Source: an uncultured bacterium
GTDB lineage: Bacteria; Hydrothermota; UBA3072
Assembly (NCBI GenBank): GCA_964631335.1
Contig: CAZVXD010000003.1
Coordinates: forward strand, 1 to 40,839
Length of the DNA stretch: 40,839 nucleotides
Reading direction: 5' to 3'
This document shows, one piece after another, positions 9,243 through 17,110 of the stretch. Under the pieces are notes generated by a model. The model was not told where the DNA came from, did no database searches, and saw only the letters and a program-made list of their open reading frames with translations. The translations under genes and the position numbers were made by a program. Within the stretch, counting starts at the first letter, position 1. Each line of letters begins with the position of its first letter.

Positions 9243-9250
9243 TTGTTTAT

Positions 9251-9278
9251 TTAGATGCAAAATCTTCTATTTAGTTCC
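9251..9278 (-). promoter_or_regulatory. ECF-type (GGAAC-N18-TCTAA) promoter in front of the sigma gene
   Basis: Minus strand reads GGAAC (9278-9274), taaatagaagattttgca (18 nt), TCTAA (9255-9251), then 8 nt to ATG 9242. Near-identical architecture at 11075-11102. Confidence 0.55.
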
Positions 9279-10781
9279 CTAAAAATCGTATTCATATATT
9301 ATTCTAAGCAGGTGTTCTTTATATCCGTTTTCTAAGTATGGGTAATAATTTATGTTTATATTTCCGAAGCTCCCCAGGTTTAGCTTTCCATCCATGCTTA
9401 AGTCGAAACTTGTATTAGAGTCATTGAGATAAGAGAAAAATCCAATAGACATCATATGTTTTTCATGATACCATGACAAATTTGATAAAATTCTTAAAGA
9501 ATTTGTTTCTTCAAAGTATGTTGTTTTCTCTGTTCCCAGTGTGTTCTCTATTCGCAGGGAGCCTGAAGTCAATTCAAAACCTCCTCCTATATAACTGTAT
9601 TCCTCATCGAAATATTCGGGATATTTTGCCCACTGGTATTCCAGAATAGGCTCGAAATAGGAGGTTAGTTTCCATTTGAATGATTGGATAAGGGAAATTC
9701 CGGGGTTTTCGTCTTCTTGGTAAGCAAGGTACTCGAAATAAGTGGAAAAAGGGGCTCTTTCGTATATACCATTCATGAAAGCGGAAAGTCTACCGGTATA
9801 AAGATAAGGATTACCGGGCGTTAAATATCCCTCACTAACATTTCTTATACCGGTTTCAATGCTGTTCAAATCCGATTCAAATATAAATTTCCCTTCAAAG
9901 GCGCTTCCTTTTGTTGTGGAATCCGCGTAAAGGTTGGGATTCCCTTTTGAAAAAGCCCCTTTTATTTTTAACGATAATGCTTTATTTAACCATAATCGGG
10001 TTTCTCCGGATAAAACAGTGGATTTTTGAGGATCTTCGAATGGGAAAATCATTATATTTGAAGTGTCATCTTCCCCGTAAAAAGCTGTTAAGCCCATATA
10101 TAACTGGTCCTTTTCGAGGGATATTTTACCTCCCAGAAGCAATCTGGGATATTCCGCGAAAAGAGTATCGTAATCTTCAGAGTATAGAATAACGGGAGTT
10201 AAAGAAAAATTTCCCATACCTATTTCGCCGCTTAACCCATAACCTCCCGGAGAGTATATTGTCAATTCGTCCAGGTAAGGCGAAATGTAACCGGCTTCCA
10301 GATAATATGTGCCCTTTAAATAACTTATATAAGGATACCAGTATACAGGATATTCAGGATCATGATAAAGAAAAAATCTGAAGTAATTTTCATTTTTATA
10401 AACAGAAAGGTCCAGACCTAAAAGAATTTCATTTTCTGTTGTGTAAAAGGTATCCGTCGAGTATGAATTATAATTTCCTATAGATAAATTACCTGTGAAA
10501 AGGTAAGGGTTCTCTTCAGTTTTTCTGGTTACTGTAAATGACCATTCTTCTGTTTCTTTTTCAGTTTCCACTTTTATTTTGTGTTTCCCTTCTGTGGTTC
10601 TATTAAGTTCAGAGAAAAAATAATCTGATTGCACTTCCCCGGTAAGATTCTCACCGTCTAAATAAACTTTGATAGATTGTTTTTCTACCGGTGGGTCGAG
10701 CAGAACAGTTATGTCGAATGGTATGGAAGCCGAGTCCCCCGGCGAAATTAAAAAAATAGTTGAAATAATTATTTCCAGCAT
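9279..10781 (-). CDS. Predicted outer-membrane beta-barrel protein with N-terminal Ig-like domain
   Basis: 500 aa. Aromatic- and Gly-rich alternating beta-strand pattern, C-terminal ...IIYEYDF ending in Phe (OMP beta-signal). N-terminal ~70 aa are similar to the anti-sigma C-terminus. Confidence 0.55.
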   Translation of the reverse strand: MLEIIISTIFLISPGDSASIPFDITVLLDPPVEKQSIKVYLDGENLTGEVQSDYFFSELNRTTEGKHKIKVETEKETEEWSFTVTRKTEENPYLFTGNLSIGNYNSYSTDTFYTTENEILLGLDLSVYKNENYFRFFLYHDPEYPVYWYPYISYLKGTYYLEAGYISPYLDELTIYSPGGYGLSGEIGMGNFSLTPVILYSEDYDTLFAEYPRLLLGGKISLEKDQLYMGLTAFYGEDDTSNIMIFPFEDPQKSTVLSGETRLWLNKALSLKIKGAFSKGNPNLYADSTTKGSAFEGKFIFESDLNSIETGIRNVSEGYLTPGNPYLYTGRLSAFMNGIYERAPFSTYFEYLAYQEDENPGISLIQSFKWKLTSYFEPILEYQWAKYPEYFDEEYSYIGGGFELTSGSLRIENTLGTEKTTYFEETNSLRILSNLSWYHEKHMMSIGFFSYLNDSNTSFDLSMDGKLNLGSFGNININYYPYLENGYKEHLLRIIYEYDF

Positions 10782-10792
10782 AATTTAGTGGT

Positions 10793-10821
10793 ATTTTATT
10801 GTTTTTTTTACGGTTGGTCAA
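10793..10821 (-). promoter_or_regulatory. Sigma70-like promoter of the OMP gene
   Basis: Minus strand reads TTGACC (10821-10816), 17 nt, TAAAAT (10798-10793), then 12 nt to ATG 10781. No SD. Confidence 0.4.
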
Positions 10822-10860
10822 GGGTATTTATTGGTTTGCCAGGAAGACACTAAGAAAATA

Positions 10861-11028
10861 GGCTATCTGCTTACTGCTTTCGGATTACGGCTTATAGATG
10901 TTAGATTTTAGTTAAAAACGACAAAAACCCCGGGAAATTTGTGTTTAGCTGCCTCCTAATCATCTTTTTGAATTCAAAATTTAACACTCAACACTCAAAA
11001 TTCTTAACACGCTAAACCCCACTCCCTT
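10861..11028. repeat. In-phase degenerate heptanucleotide tandem arrays
   Basis: ggctatc tgcttac tgctttc ggattac ggcttat agatgtt agatttt agttaaa ... tttaaca ctcaaca ctcaaaa ttcttaa cacgcta. Both blocks are in one 7-nt phase (10980-10861 = 17 x 7). Confidence 0.65.
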
Positions 11029-11072
11029 TAAATTTGTGTAAAAACACACAAAAAAACCAGGGGCAAGATTTT

Positions 11073-11102
11073 TTGGAACCAAATTGGGGGTTTGGTATCT
11101 AA
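11073..11102 (+). promoter_or_regulatory. Serpin promoter, readable as sigma70-like or ECF-type
   Basis: TTGGAA (11073-78), 17 nt, TATCTA (11096-11101) with an upstream TG. The same bases also read GGAAC (11075-79), 18 nt, TCTAA (11098-11102), matching the motif at 9251-9278. SD AGGAGGG and ATG 11124 follow. Confidence 0.5.
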
Positions 11103-11123
11103 TAATAAAAACAGGAGGGTGAA

Positions 11124-12362
11124 ATGAGGAATAGAAGTTTGTTTTTTGTATTCGTACTGCTTTTAATATTAGTTTTTGGTTGTGATGTCACCGATCCCAC
11201 AGAACCGACCAGGGAATTAAGCTCCGCCGAAAAAGAATTAATAGAAGCGGATAATTCTTTTGGGATTAAACTATTTAAAGGGCTTAACGGGGAAGAGCCG
11301 GAATCAAATATTTTTATCTCTCCTCTTTCGATTTCGATGGCTCTGGGTATGACCTATAACGGAGCTGCCGGGAGTACCGAGGAAGCGATGAGGACAACAC
11401 TCGAGTTCGTGAATTTGTCCGGAGACGAGATAAACGAATCTTACAAAAGCTTGATAGAGTTATTAGAGGGAATAGATTCCGATGTAGAATTCAACATCGC
11501 GAATTCGATTTGGTACAGGGATGATAGAACTTTCGAACAGGATTTTTTTAACAGATGCGGTGATTATTTCGACGCGAGAGTAAGCGGGCTCGATTTCGGC
11601 AAACCACAGGAGGCAAAGGACACGATGGACAACTGGGTGGATGAAAATACAAATGGTAAAATCGAGGAAATTGTCGATTACGTCGACCCAATAAATGATA
11701 TGATGTTCCTGATAAACGCGATATATTTCAATGGTACCTGGACATACCGTTTCGACGAGGAGGATACAAAAGACGAACCGTTCTATCTCTCCGGAGGAGG
11801 AACAAAAGAATGTAAAATGATGGAGGTTTTGAGCGAGTTCAAATGTTTCAAAGATTCAAATACGCAGGTAATCGATATACCGTACGGTGATGGCAATTAT
11901 TCTATGACGGCAGTTATACCGTATTACGGAGAAGATATAGACCAGATGATTACAGGTCTTACGCGGGAAAAATGGGATGAGTGGATTAATAGTCTTTCCG
12001 AAGATTCGGTCAATTTGTTTTTACCTAAACTTAAACTGGAGTATAAAGTAGATAAAAAATTGTTGGAGGTCTTATCGGGTATGGGGATGGAGATTGCCTT
12101 CGACCCGTTAGAAGCCGATTTTACCGGGATGTACGCTCCCGGAGACGTATATATCAGCAGAATAATACATAAAACTTTTTTGGAACTTGATGAAGAAGGG
12201 ACAGAGGCTGCGGCAGCCACTGTTGTCGCGATGACACTGGGCTCAAGTGAAGGAAGTTATCCTGAAATACGCTTAAATAGACCGTTTCTTTTCGCAATAA
12301 GAGAAAGTCATTCGGGTGCTATACTTTTTATTGGGAAGATTATCGAACCTGTTTGGGAGTGA
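11124..12362 (+). CDS. Serpin (serine protease inhibitor), predicted lipoprotein
   Basis: 412 aa. Signal peptide with a lipobox-like LVFGC. Serpin hinge/reactive-centre loop EEGTEAAAATVVAMTLGSSEGS followed by the signature NRPFLFAIRE. Confidence 0.9.
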   Translation: MRNRSLFFVFVLLLILVFGCDVTDPTEPTRELSSAEKELIEADNSFGIKLFKGLNGEEPESNIFISPLSISMALGMTYNGAAGSTEEAMRTTLEFVNLSGDEINESYKSLIELLEGIDSDVEFNIANSIWYRDDRTFEQDFFNRCGDYFDARVSGLDFGKPQEAKDTMDNWVDENTNGKIEEIVDYVDPINDMMFLINAIYFNGTWTYRFDEEDTKDEPFYLSGGGTKECKMMEVLSEFKCFKDSNTQVIDIPYGDGNYSMTAVIPYYGEDIDQMITGLTREKWDEWINSLSEDSVNLFLPKLKLEYKVDKKLLEVLSGMGMEIAFDPLEADFTGMYAPGDVYISRIIHKTFLELDEEGTEAAAATVVAMTLGSSEGSYPEIRLNRPFLFAIRESHSGAILFIGKIIEPVWE

Positions 12363-12397
12363 AAATTTAAGAACGCTGAGCTTTTTCGTTTCTTCTC

Positions 12398-12430
12398 AAA
12401 GGGGCAGTTTAGTCTGTCCCTTTGTTTTTA
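12398..12430 (+). terminator. Rho-independent terminator after the serpin gene
   Basis: Stem aaaggggcag / ctgtcccttt (10 bp with one G-U pair), 6-nt loop, followed by gttttta. Confidence 0.6.
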
Positions 12431-12459
12431 AATCAATTTTTTAAAAAAATTCCCGACCC

Positions 12460-12488
12460 TTGACACTTAGACACAATTATGATAGGTT
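12460..12488 (+). promoter_or_regulatory. Possible promoter of the xseB operon
   Basis: TTGACA (12460-65), 17 nt, TAGGTT (12483-88) preceded by TGa (extended -10), then 6 nt to ATG 12495. The -10 hexamer is weak. Confidence 0.3.
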
Positions 12489-12494
12489 GTAGAG

Positions 12495-12734
12495 ATGAAA
12501 TTTGAAGAATCGCTGAACAATCTTGAAGAAATTGTTAAAAAATTGGAAGAAGGAGAGATTTCTCTTGAAGAATCTTTACCCCTGTTTGAAAAGGGGATGA
12601 AGCTTTTAACCGAATTAAAGGAGTACCTGTCCGGGGCTGAAACAAGGATAGAAAAATTGATAAAAGATAGTGAAGGTCAGTTTCAAACCGATGAATATAG
12701 AGAATTATCTGGCAACCTGGAAGAAGAAAGTTGA
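12495..12734 (+). CDS. xseB: Exodeoxyribonuclease VII small subunit
   Basis: 79 aa. FEESLNNLEEIVKKLEEGEISLEESLPLFEKGMKL matches the XseB helical hairpin. Classic xseB-ispA-dxs context. Confidence 0.85.
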   Translation: MKFEESLNNLEEIVKKLEEGEISLEESLPLFEKGMKLLTELKEYLSGAETRIEKLIKDSEGQFQTDEYRELSGNLEEES

Positions 12735-13566
12735 TTATAAGTTGAATGAGCATCTTCCTTCGGAAGACGAATACCCTCAATTGTTGCACAAAGCCATGAG
12801 GTATTCGGTCCTTTCAGGAGGAAAGAGAATCAGAGCAATTCTCCTGATGACTACTTATTCTCTGTTGGGTGGGGACAAATTAGATGAAATTATGCCTGTT
12901 TCTTCGGCTATCGAGTTTATTCATTCTTATTCTCTGATCCACGACGATTTACCCGCGATGGATGATGATGATTACAGAAGAGGGGTTTTAAGCTGTCACA
13001 AGAAATTCGGGGAAGGCATCGCTATATTGGCGGGAGACGCCCTTTTTTCACACGCGTTTTATATGATTTCTCATAGCGATATAAAAGCGGAATTAAAAGA
13101 GAGAACGATGAAAGTGTTGACGGAAGCTATAGGTAACAGGGGAATTATAGGGGGACAGATAGAGGATGTTCTGTCTGATTCAAATATAAGAGATGTGAAA
13201 CTTCTGAGATATATACATTCCCATAAGACTGCTTCTTTCTTTTCGGCTGTCTGTGAAATGGGGGCAATCCTGGCGGAAGCTCCCAGGGAAAAAGTTATGG
13301 CTTCGAGAAAGGGTGGACTTTTACTAGGTATGGCTTTTCAAATCCAGGATGATATTTTAGATGTCGAAGGGAAAAAAGAAGAAATGGGAAAAGAAGCTGA
13401 TAAGGATAAGTACAAATTGACTTATCCTCTGATTTATGGGGTCGAATTTTCAAGAAGAATAGCTAAGAGATATAGTACGCTGGCTTTAGGACAATTGAGT
13501 ATTCTAAACGACGAAGATGGAATATTCGAAAATTTGCTGAACTATTTGCTGAGTCGGAGGAATTAA
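12691..13566 (+). CDS. ispA: (E)-polyprenyl (farnesyl/geranylgeranyl) diphosphate synthase
   Basis: First Asp-rich motif DDLPAMDDDDYRRG and second FQIQDDILD; GGKRIR. The ORF opens at a GTG at 12670. The ATG at 12691 (MNIENYL) is preferred. It overlaps the xseB 3' end. Confidence 0.85.
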   Translation: MNIENYLATWKKKVDYKLNEHLPSEDEYPQLLHKAMRYSVLSGGKRIRAILLMTTYSLLGGDKLDEIMPVSSAIEFIHSYSLIHDDLPAMDDDDYRRGVLSCHKKFGEGIAILAGDALFSHAFYMISHSDIKAELKERTMKVLTEAIGNRGIIGGQIEDVLSDSNIRDVKLLRYIHSHKTASFFSAVCEMGAILAEAPREKVMASRKGGLLLGMAFQIQDDILDVEGKKEEMGKEADKDKYKLTYPLIYGVEFSRRIAKRYSTLALGQLSILNDEDGIFENLLNYLLSRRN

Positions 13567-13567
13567 G

Positions 13568-14008
13568 ATGGGTTCAAATTTGTGGCACCTTTTTTTTCTG
13601 CCATATTTTAGCGGTCTTGCTTGTCAATTAATAAAAATCTTGAATCACCGTATAATGAAAAAGCGGTTTAAATTTACATTTAATAATCTTTTGGAATTAG
13701 GCGGGTTGCCCAGTGCGCATTCGGCGGCAACCGCAACTTTAACAACTTTAATGGCAATATATTACGGAATAAATTCGCCGCTTTTTATACTGTCTTTGTT
13801 TCTTTCTGTTTTTATAGTAGGAGAAGCTTTTGTTGTGCGAGGCGTTATAAGTCGACACTCAGAATTGATAAGGAAATTGGCGGAGGTAAATTCGAGAAAA
13901 GAACTGATTTCTGATGAATTCCCGGGCAGAATCGGTCATACACCATTTGAAGTAACAATAGGTATAATTTTTGGGATTTTTTTTGCTCTTGCGTTTATCG
14001 GTGTTTAA
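13568..14008 (+). CDS. Divergent PAP2 / DUF212 family membrane protein
   Basis: 146 aa, multi-TM. Motifs LPSAHSAATATL and GHTPFEV are characteristic of the acid phosphatase/vanadium-haloperoxidase-related DUF212 family. Confidence 0.7.
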   Translation: MGSNLWHLFFLPYFSGLACQLIKILNHRIMKKRFKFTFNNLLELGGLPSAHSAATATLTTLMAIYYGINSPLFILSLFLSVFIVGEAFVVRGVISRHSELIRKLAEVNSRKELISDEFPGRIGHTPFEVTIGIIFGIFFALAFIGV

Positions 14009-15871
14009 ATGTTACTTGAAAAAATTGATTCTCCCGAAGATCTAAAAAAATTATCGATAAAAGAACTTGAAACTCTCGCCATCGAGATGAGAAGTAAGAT
14101 AATAGAGGTTGTTTCAAAAAACGGTGGGCACCTGGCGGCCAATCTCGGCGCGGTCGAATTAACAATAGCCCTTCTCAAAGTATTCGAACCTCCTCGAGAT
14201 AAAATAATCTGGGATGTTTCTCATCAGGCTTATGGTTACAAGCTCTTAACCGGTAGAAGAGAAGGTTTTGACACGATTCGTAAATTCGGGGGTCTAAGCG
14301 GTTTTTTGAAGAGGGATGAGTCCGTTTATGACGCTTTCGGTACGGGACACGCGAGCACCTCCCTCTCGGCTGCCCTGGGCTTTGCTATAGCCAGGGATAA
14401 GAGAGGTGAAGATAATCAGGTTGTCGCTGTTATCGGCGACGGAGCTTTGACGGGTGGGATGGCTTTAGAAGCTTTAAATCAGATTGGTTATCTAAAGAAA
14501 GATATGCTTATAATTCTTAACGACAATAAAATGTCGATAGCAAAAAATGTGGGAGGTTTTAGAGAATATCTGACGAGGTTGCAGTCGGCGGAAATTTACA
14601 ATCTTATTATGGAAGACGCCTGGAATCTTCTCGAAAAGTTGCCCGAGGGACTTAGCAGAAAAGCCGCTCGCGCGGCGGAAAAATTGCATATCGGATTGAA
14701 GAATCTGATTGTGCCTAACATTATATTTGAAGAGCTGGGTCTTTCTTATTATGGTCCAATCGATGGACATAACATTAAAGAACTGAATATGATACTTTCG
14801 AAAGTAAAAAAAATTAAGAAGACCAAGCTCCTCCATATTATTACTGAAAAAGGCAAGGGATACGAACCGGCATGTAAAGATCCTACTCTTTTCCATGGAT
14901 TGGGTCCTTTTGAATGCGAGACAGGCGAGGTTATAAAAAAGAAGGGACCGAAAAAATACTCGGAAGTTTTCGGAGAAACAGTAGTAAGGGAAGCAGAAAA
15001 AAACAAAGATATAGTCGCGATAACCGCGGCTATGACTGAAGGTACCGGTCTCACTGAGTTCAAGGAAAAATTCCCGGAAAGATTTTTTGATGTGGGAATA
15101 GCGGAACAGCACGCGGTGACCTTTGCCGCCGGACTTGCCGCGGAAGGCTTACGTCCTGTGTGTGCTATATATTCGACCTTCCTCCAGAGATCGCTCGATC
15201 AGATAATACACGACGTGGCTCTTCAGAAATTACCGGTGATTTTTTGTCTGGATAGGGCGGGGTTTTCTCCCGGTGACGGACCCACACACCACGGCGTTTT
15301 CGATCTTTCTTATTTAAGACTAATACCCGATATGTTAATAATGGTTCCCCGGAATGAGGTGGAATTAAAAAGAATGTTTAAAACCGCTCTTTTTAATACC
15401 GATGGACCTTCTGTACTGCGTTATCCGAGAGGGCAGTCCGTAGGGGTAAAAAACCCTGTCAAAATAGATCCGATTTCTTCAGGTAAAGCTGATATCTTGC
15501 GAGAAGGAAAAGACTTACTTATACTGACCGTGGGACCTATTGTCTATGAGGTACTCGAAGTTGTTCAGGAAATTAAGGGGCTCAACGCCACCGTCGTCGA
15601 TGCCAGGTTTGTTAAACCGCTCGACGAAGAAACTATTTTGAAACTCTCTTCAGAAAGCAGAAAGATAATAACAATCGAAATGAACACTATAGCAGGTGGT
15701 TTTGGCAGCGCGGTTCTGGAACTTCTTAATGAAAGATCCGTTCAAAAGGAAGTTTTACGAATAGCTATTCCCGACCGTTTTATCGAACACGGAGAGAAGG
15801 ATAAGCTGTATGAATTGATCGAGATGGACAGAAAGAATTTGAAAGAGAGAATCATTAAGTTTTTAAAATGA
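14009..15871 (+). CDS. dxs: 1-deoxy-D-xylulose-5-phosphate synthase
   Basis: 620 aa. TPP-binding IGDGALTGGMALEALN...NDN, transketolase-like pyrimidine-binding and C-terminal domains, DVGIAEQHAVTFAAGLA. Confidence 0.95.
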   Translation: MLLEKIDSPEDLKKLSIKELETLAIEMRSKIIEVVSKNGGHLAANLGAVELTIALLKVFEPPRDKIIWDVSHQAYGYKLLTGRREGFDTIRKFGGLSGFLKRDESVYDAFGTGHASTSLSAALGFAIARDKRGEDNQVVAVIGDGALTGGMALEALNQIGYLKKDMLIILNDNKMSIAKNVGGFREYLTRLQSAEIYNLIMEDAWNLLEKLPEGLSRKAARAAEKLHIGLKNLIVPNIIFEELGLSYYGPIDGHNIKELNMILSKVKKIKKTKLLHIITEKGKGYEPACKDPTLFHGLGPFECETGEVIKKKGPKKYSEVFGETVVREAEKNKDIVAITAAMTEGTGLTEFKEKFPERFFDVGIAEQHAVTFAAGLAAEGLRPVCAIYSTFLQRSLDQIIHDVALQKLPVIFCLDRAGFSPGDGPTHHGVFDLSYLRLIPDMLIMVPRNEVELKRMFKTALFNTDGPSVLRYPRGQSVGVKNPVKIDPISSGKADILREGKDLLILTVGPIVYEVLEVVQEIKGLNATVVDARFVKPLDEETILKLSSESRKIITIEMNTIAGGFGSAVLELLNERSVQKEVLRIAIPDRFIEHGEKDKLYELIEMDRKNLKERIIKFLK

Positions 15872-16686
15872 AAGAAAAAACCTTAAAAGGAAATGTCGAA
15901 TTTTCCGGTGTGGGCGTTCATACCGGAAGAGTGTCGGAAATCGCGCTCGAACCGTCGGAAGGAAACGGTATAGTATTTTTAAAAAACGGTGTGGAGATCC
16001 CCGGAACCCTGGATAGTTTGAAATTTTGCAATAGGGGCATTACTCTTTCGAAAAATGATGAAGAAATAAAAACCGTAGAGCATCTGATGAGTGCTTTTTA
16101 CGCCTGTGGAATAGACCATGTTAAGGTAAAAGTCGAAGGGGGCGAGATACCGGCTCTCGACGGAAGCGCTTACCCTTTTATCTCGGAAATAGAAGGAGTC
16201 GGTATAAAAGAATTAAAAAAAGAGAAGGTAAAATCTTATATTAATAGCAGTATTACTGTCGAAGACAAAGGTTGTTATGCTTACTGTAGCCCATTTGAGA
16301 GTTTAAAAATCCATTATATTATTTCTTATAATCATCCATTACTTCGGTACCAGGAATACGTTTTCAACGGGAAATCTAATTTTAAAGAAGATATCGCAAG
16401 ATCCAGAACTTATGGTCTTCTTTCCTGGAAAGAAGAATTGAACAGGAGCGGATACGCTCTGGGAGCGTCAGAGGAAAACACACTGGTTTATACTGAAGAA
16501 GAATTGTTGAATAAGGCTAATTTCCCGGATGAAGCGGTAAAACACAAAATAGCAGATCTGATTGGAGAATTATATCTGATAAAACCTGTGCCGATAGGGA
16601 AATATTTTATTTTCAGAGGAGGTCATTCGTTGCACTTGCGGTTAATAAAAGAAATAAAAAGGAGTAGAGATGAAATTCGATATTGA
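15868..16686 (+). CDS. lpxC: UDP-3-O-acyl-N-acetylglucosamine deacetylase
   Basis: 272 aa. N-terminal FSGVGVHTGR, EHLMSAF, and KHKIADLIGEL (the H-K-x-x-D motif region). Confidence 0.9.
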   Translation: MKEKTLKGNVEFSGVGVHTGRVSEIALEPSEGNGIVFLKNGVEIPGTLDSLKFCNRGITLSKNDEEIKTVEHLMSAFYACGIDHVKVKVEGGEIPALDGSAYPFISEIEGVGIKELKKEKVKSYINSSITVEDKGCYAYCSPFESLKIHYIISYNHPLLRYQEYVFNGKSNFKEDIARSRTYGLLSWKEELNRSGYALGASEENTLVYTEEELLNKANFPDEAVKHKIADLIGELYLIKPVPIGKYFIFRGGHSLHLRLIKEIKRSRDEIRY

Positions 16687-17110
16687 AAAAATACTCGAGT
16701 TTATGCCTCATAGATATCCTTTTTTGTTGATCGATAAGGTCGATGTAATAAACGAGGATGAAGCTATAGGGATAAAAAACGTGACTTATAATGAGCCATT
16801 TTTCATGGGTCATTTCCCGGGTGATCCTATAATGCCCGCGGTTCTTATCGTCGAATCGATGGCTCAGGCCGGCGGATTCCTGCTTTTCAACAGAATCGAA
16901 GACCCCGGAAAGTCAAACGTCTATTTTACGTCCATCAATAGAGCCAAATTCAGGAAGCCTGTTCGTCCGGGAGATGTTCTGGAGCACAGAATAAAGCTAA
17001 CGGGATTCAGATCCAACTTTTGTAAATTAGAAGCTAAGTCTTTTGTAGAAGGAGGTTTGGTCGCAGAAGGTTCTTTCTCGGCGGCTATTGTTGAACGAAA
17101 AGGAGTATAG
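16670..17110 (+). CDS. fabZ: 3-hydroxyacyl-ACP dehydratase
   Basis: 146 aa. HFPGDPIMPAVLIVESMAQ hot-dog active-site motif. Overlaps the lpxC end. Confidence 0.95.
   Translation: MKFDIEKILEFMPHRYPFLLIDKVDVINEDEAIGIKNVTYNEPFFMGHFPGDPIMPAVLIVESMAQAGGFLLFNRIEDPGKSNVYFTSINRAKFRKPVRPGDVLEHRIKLTGFRSNFCKLEAKSFVEGGLVAEGSFSAAIVERKGV

Noticed and set aside
14492-15112. 206-aa and 104-aa minus-strand ORFs within dxs
   Set aside because: They lie antisense to an unambiguous DXS coding sequence. The translations are Phe/Arg/Ser-rich and show no domain signature.
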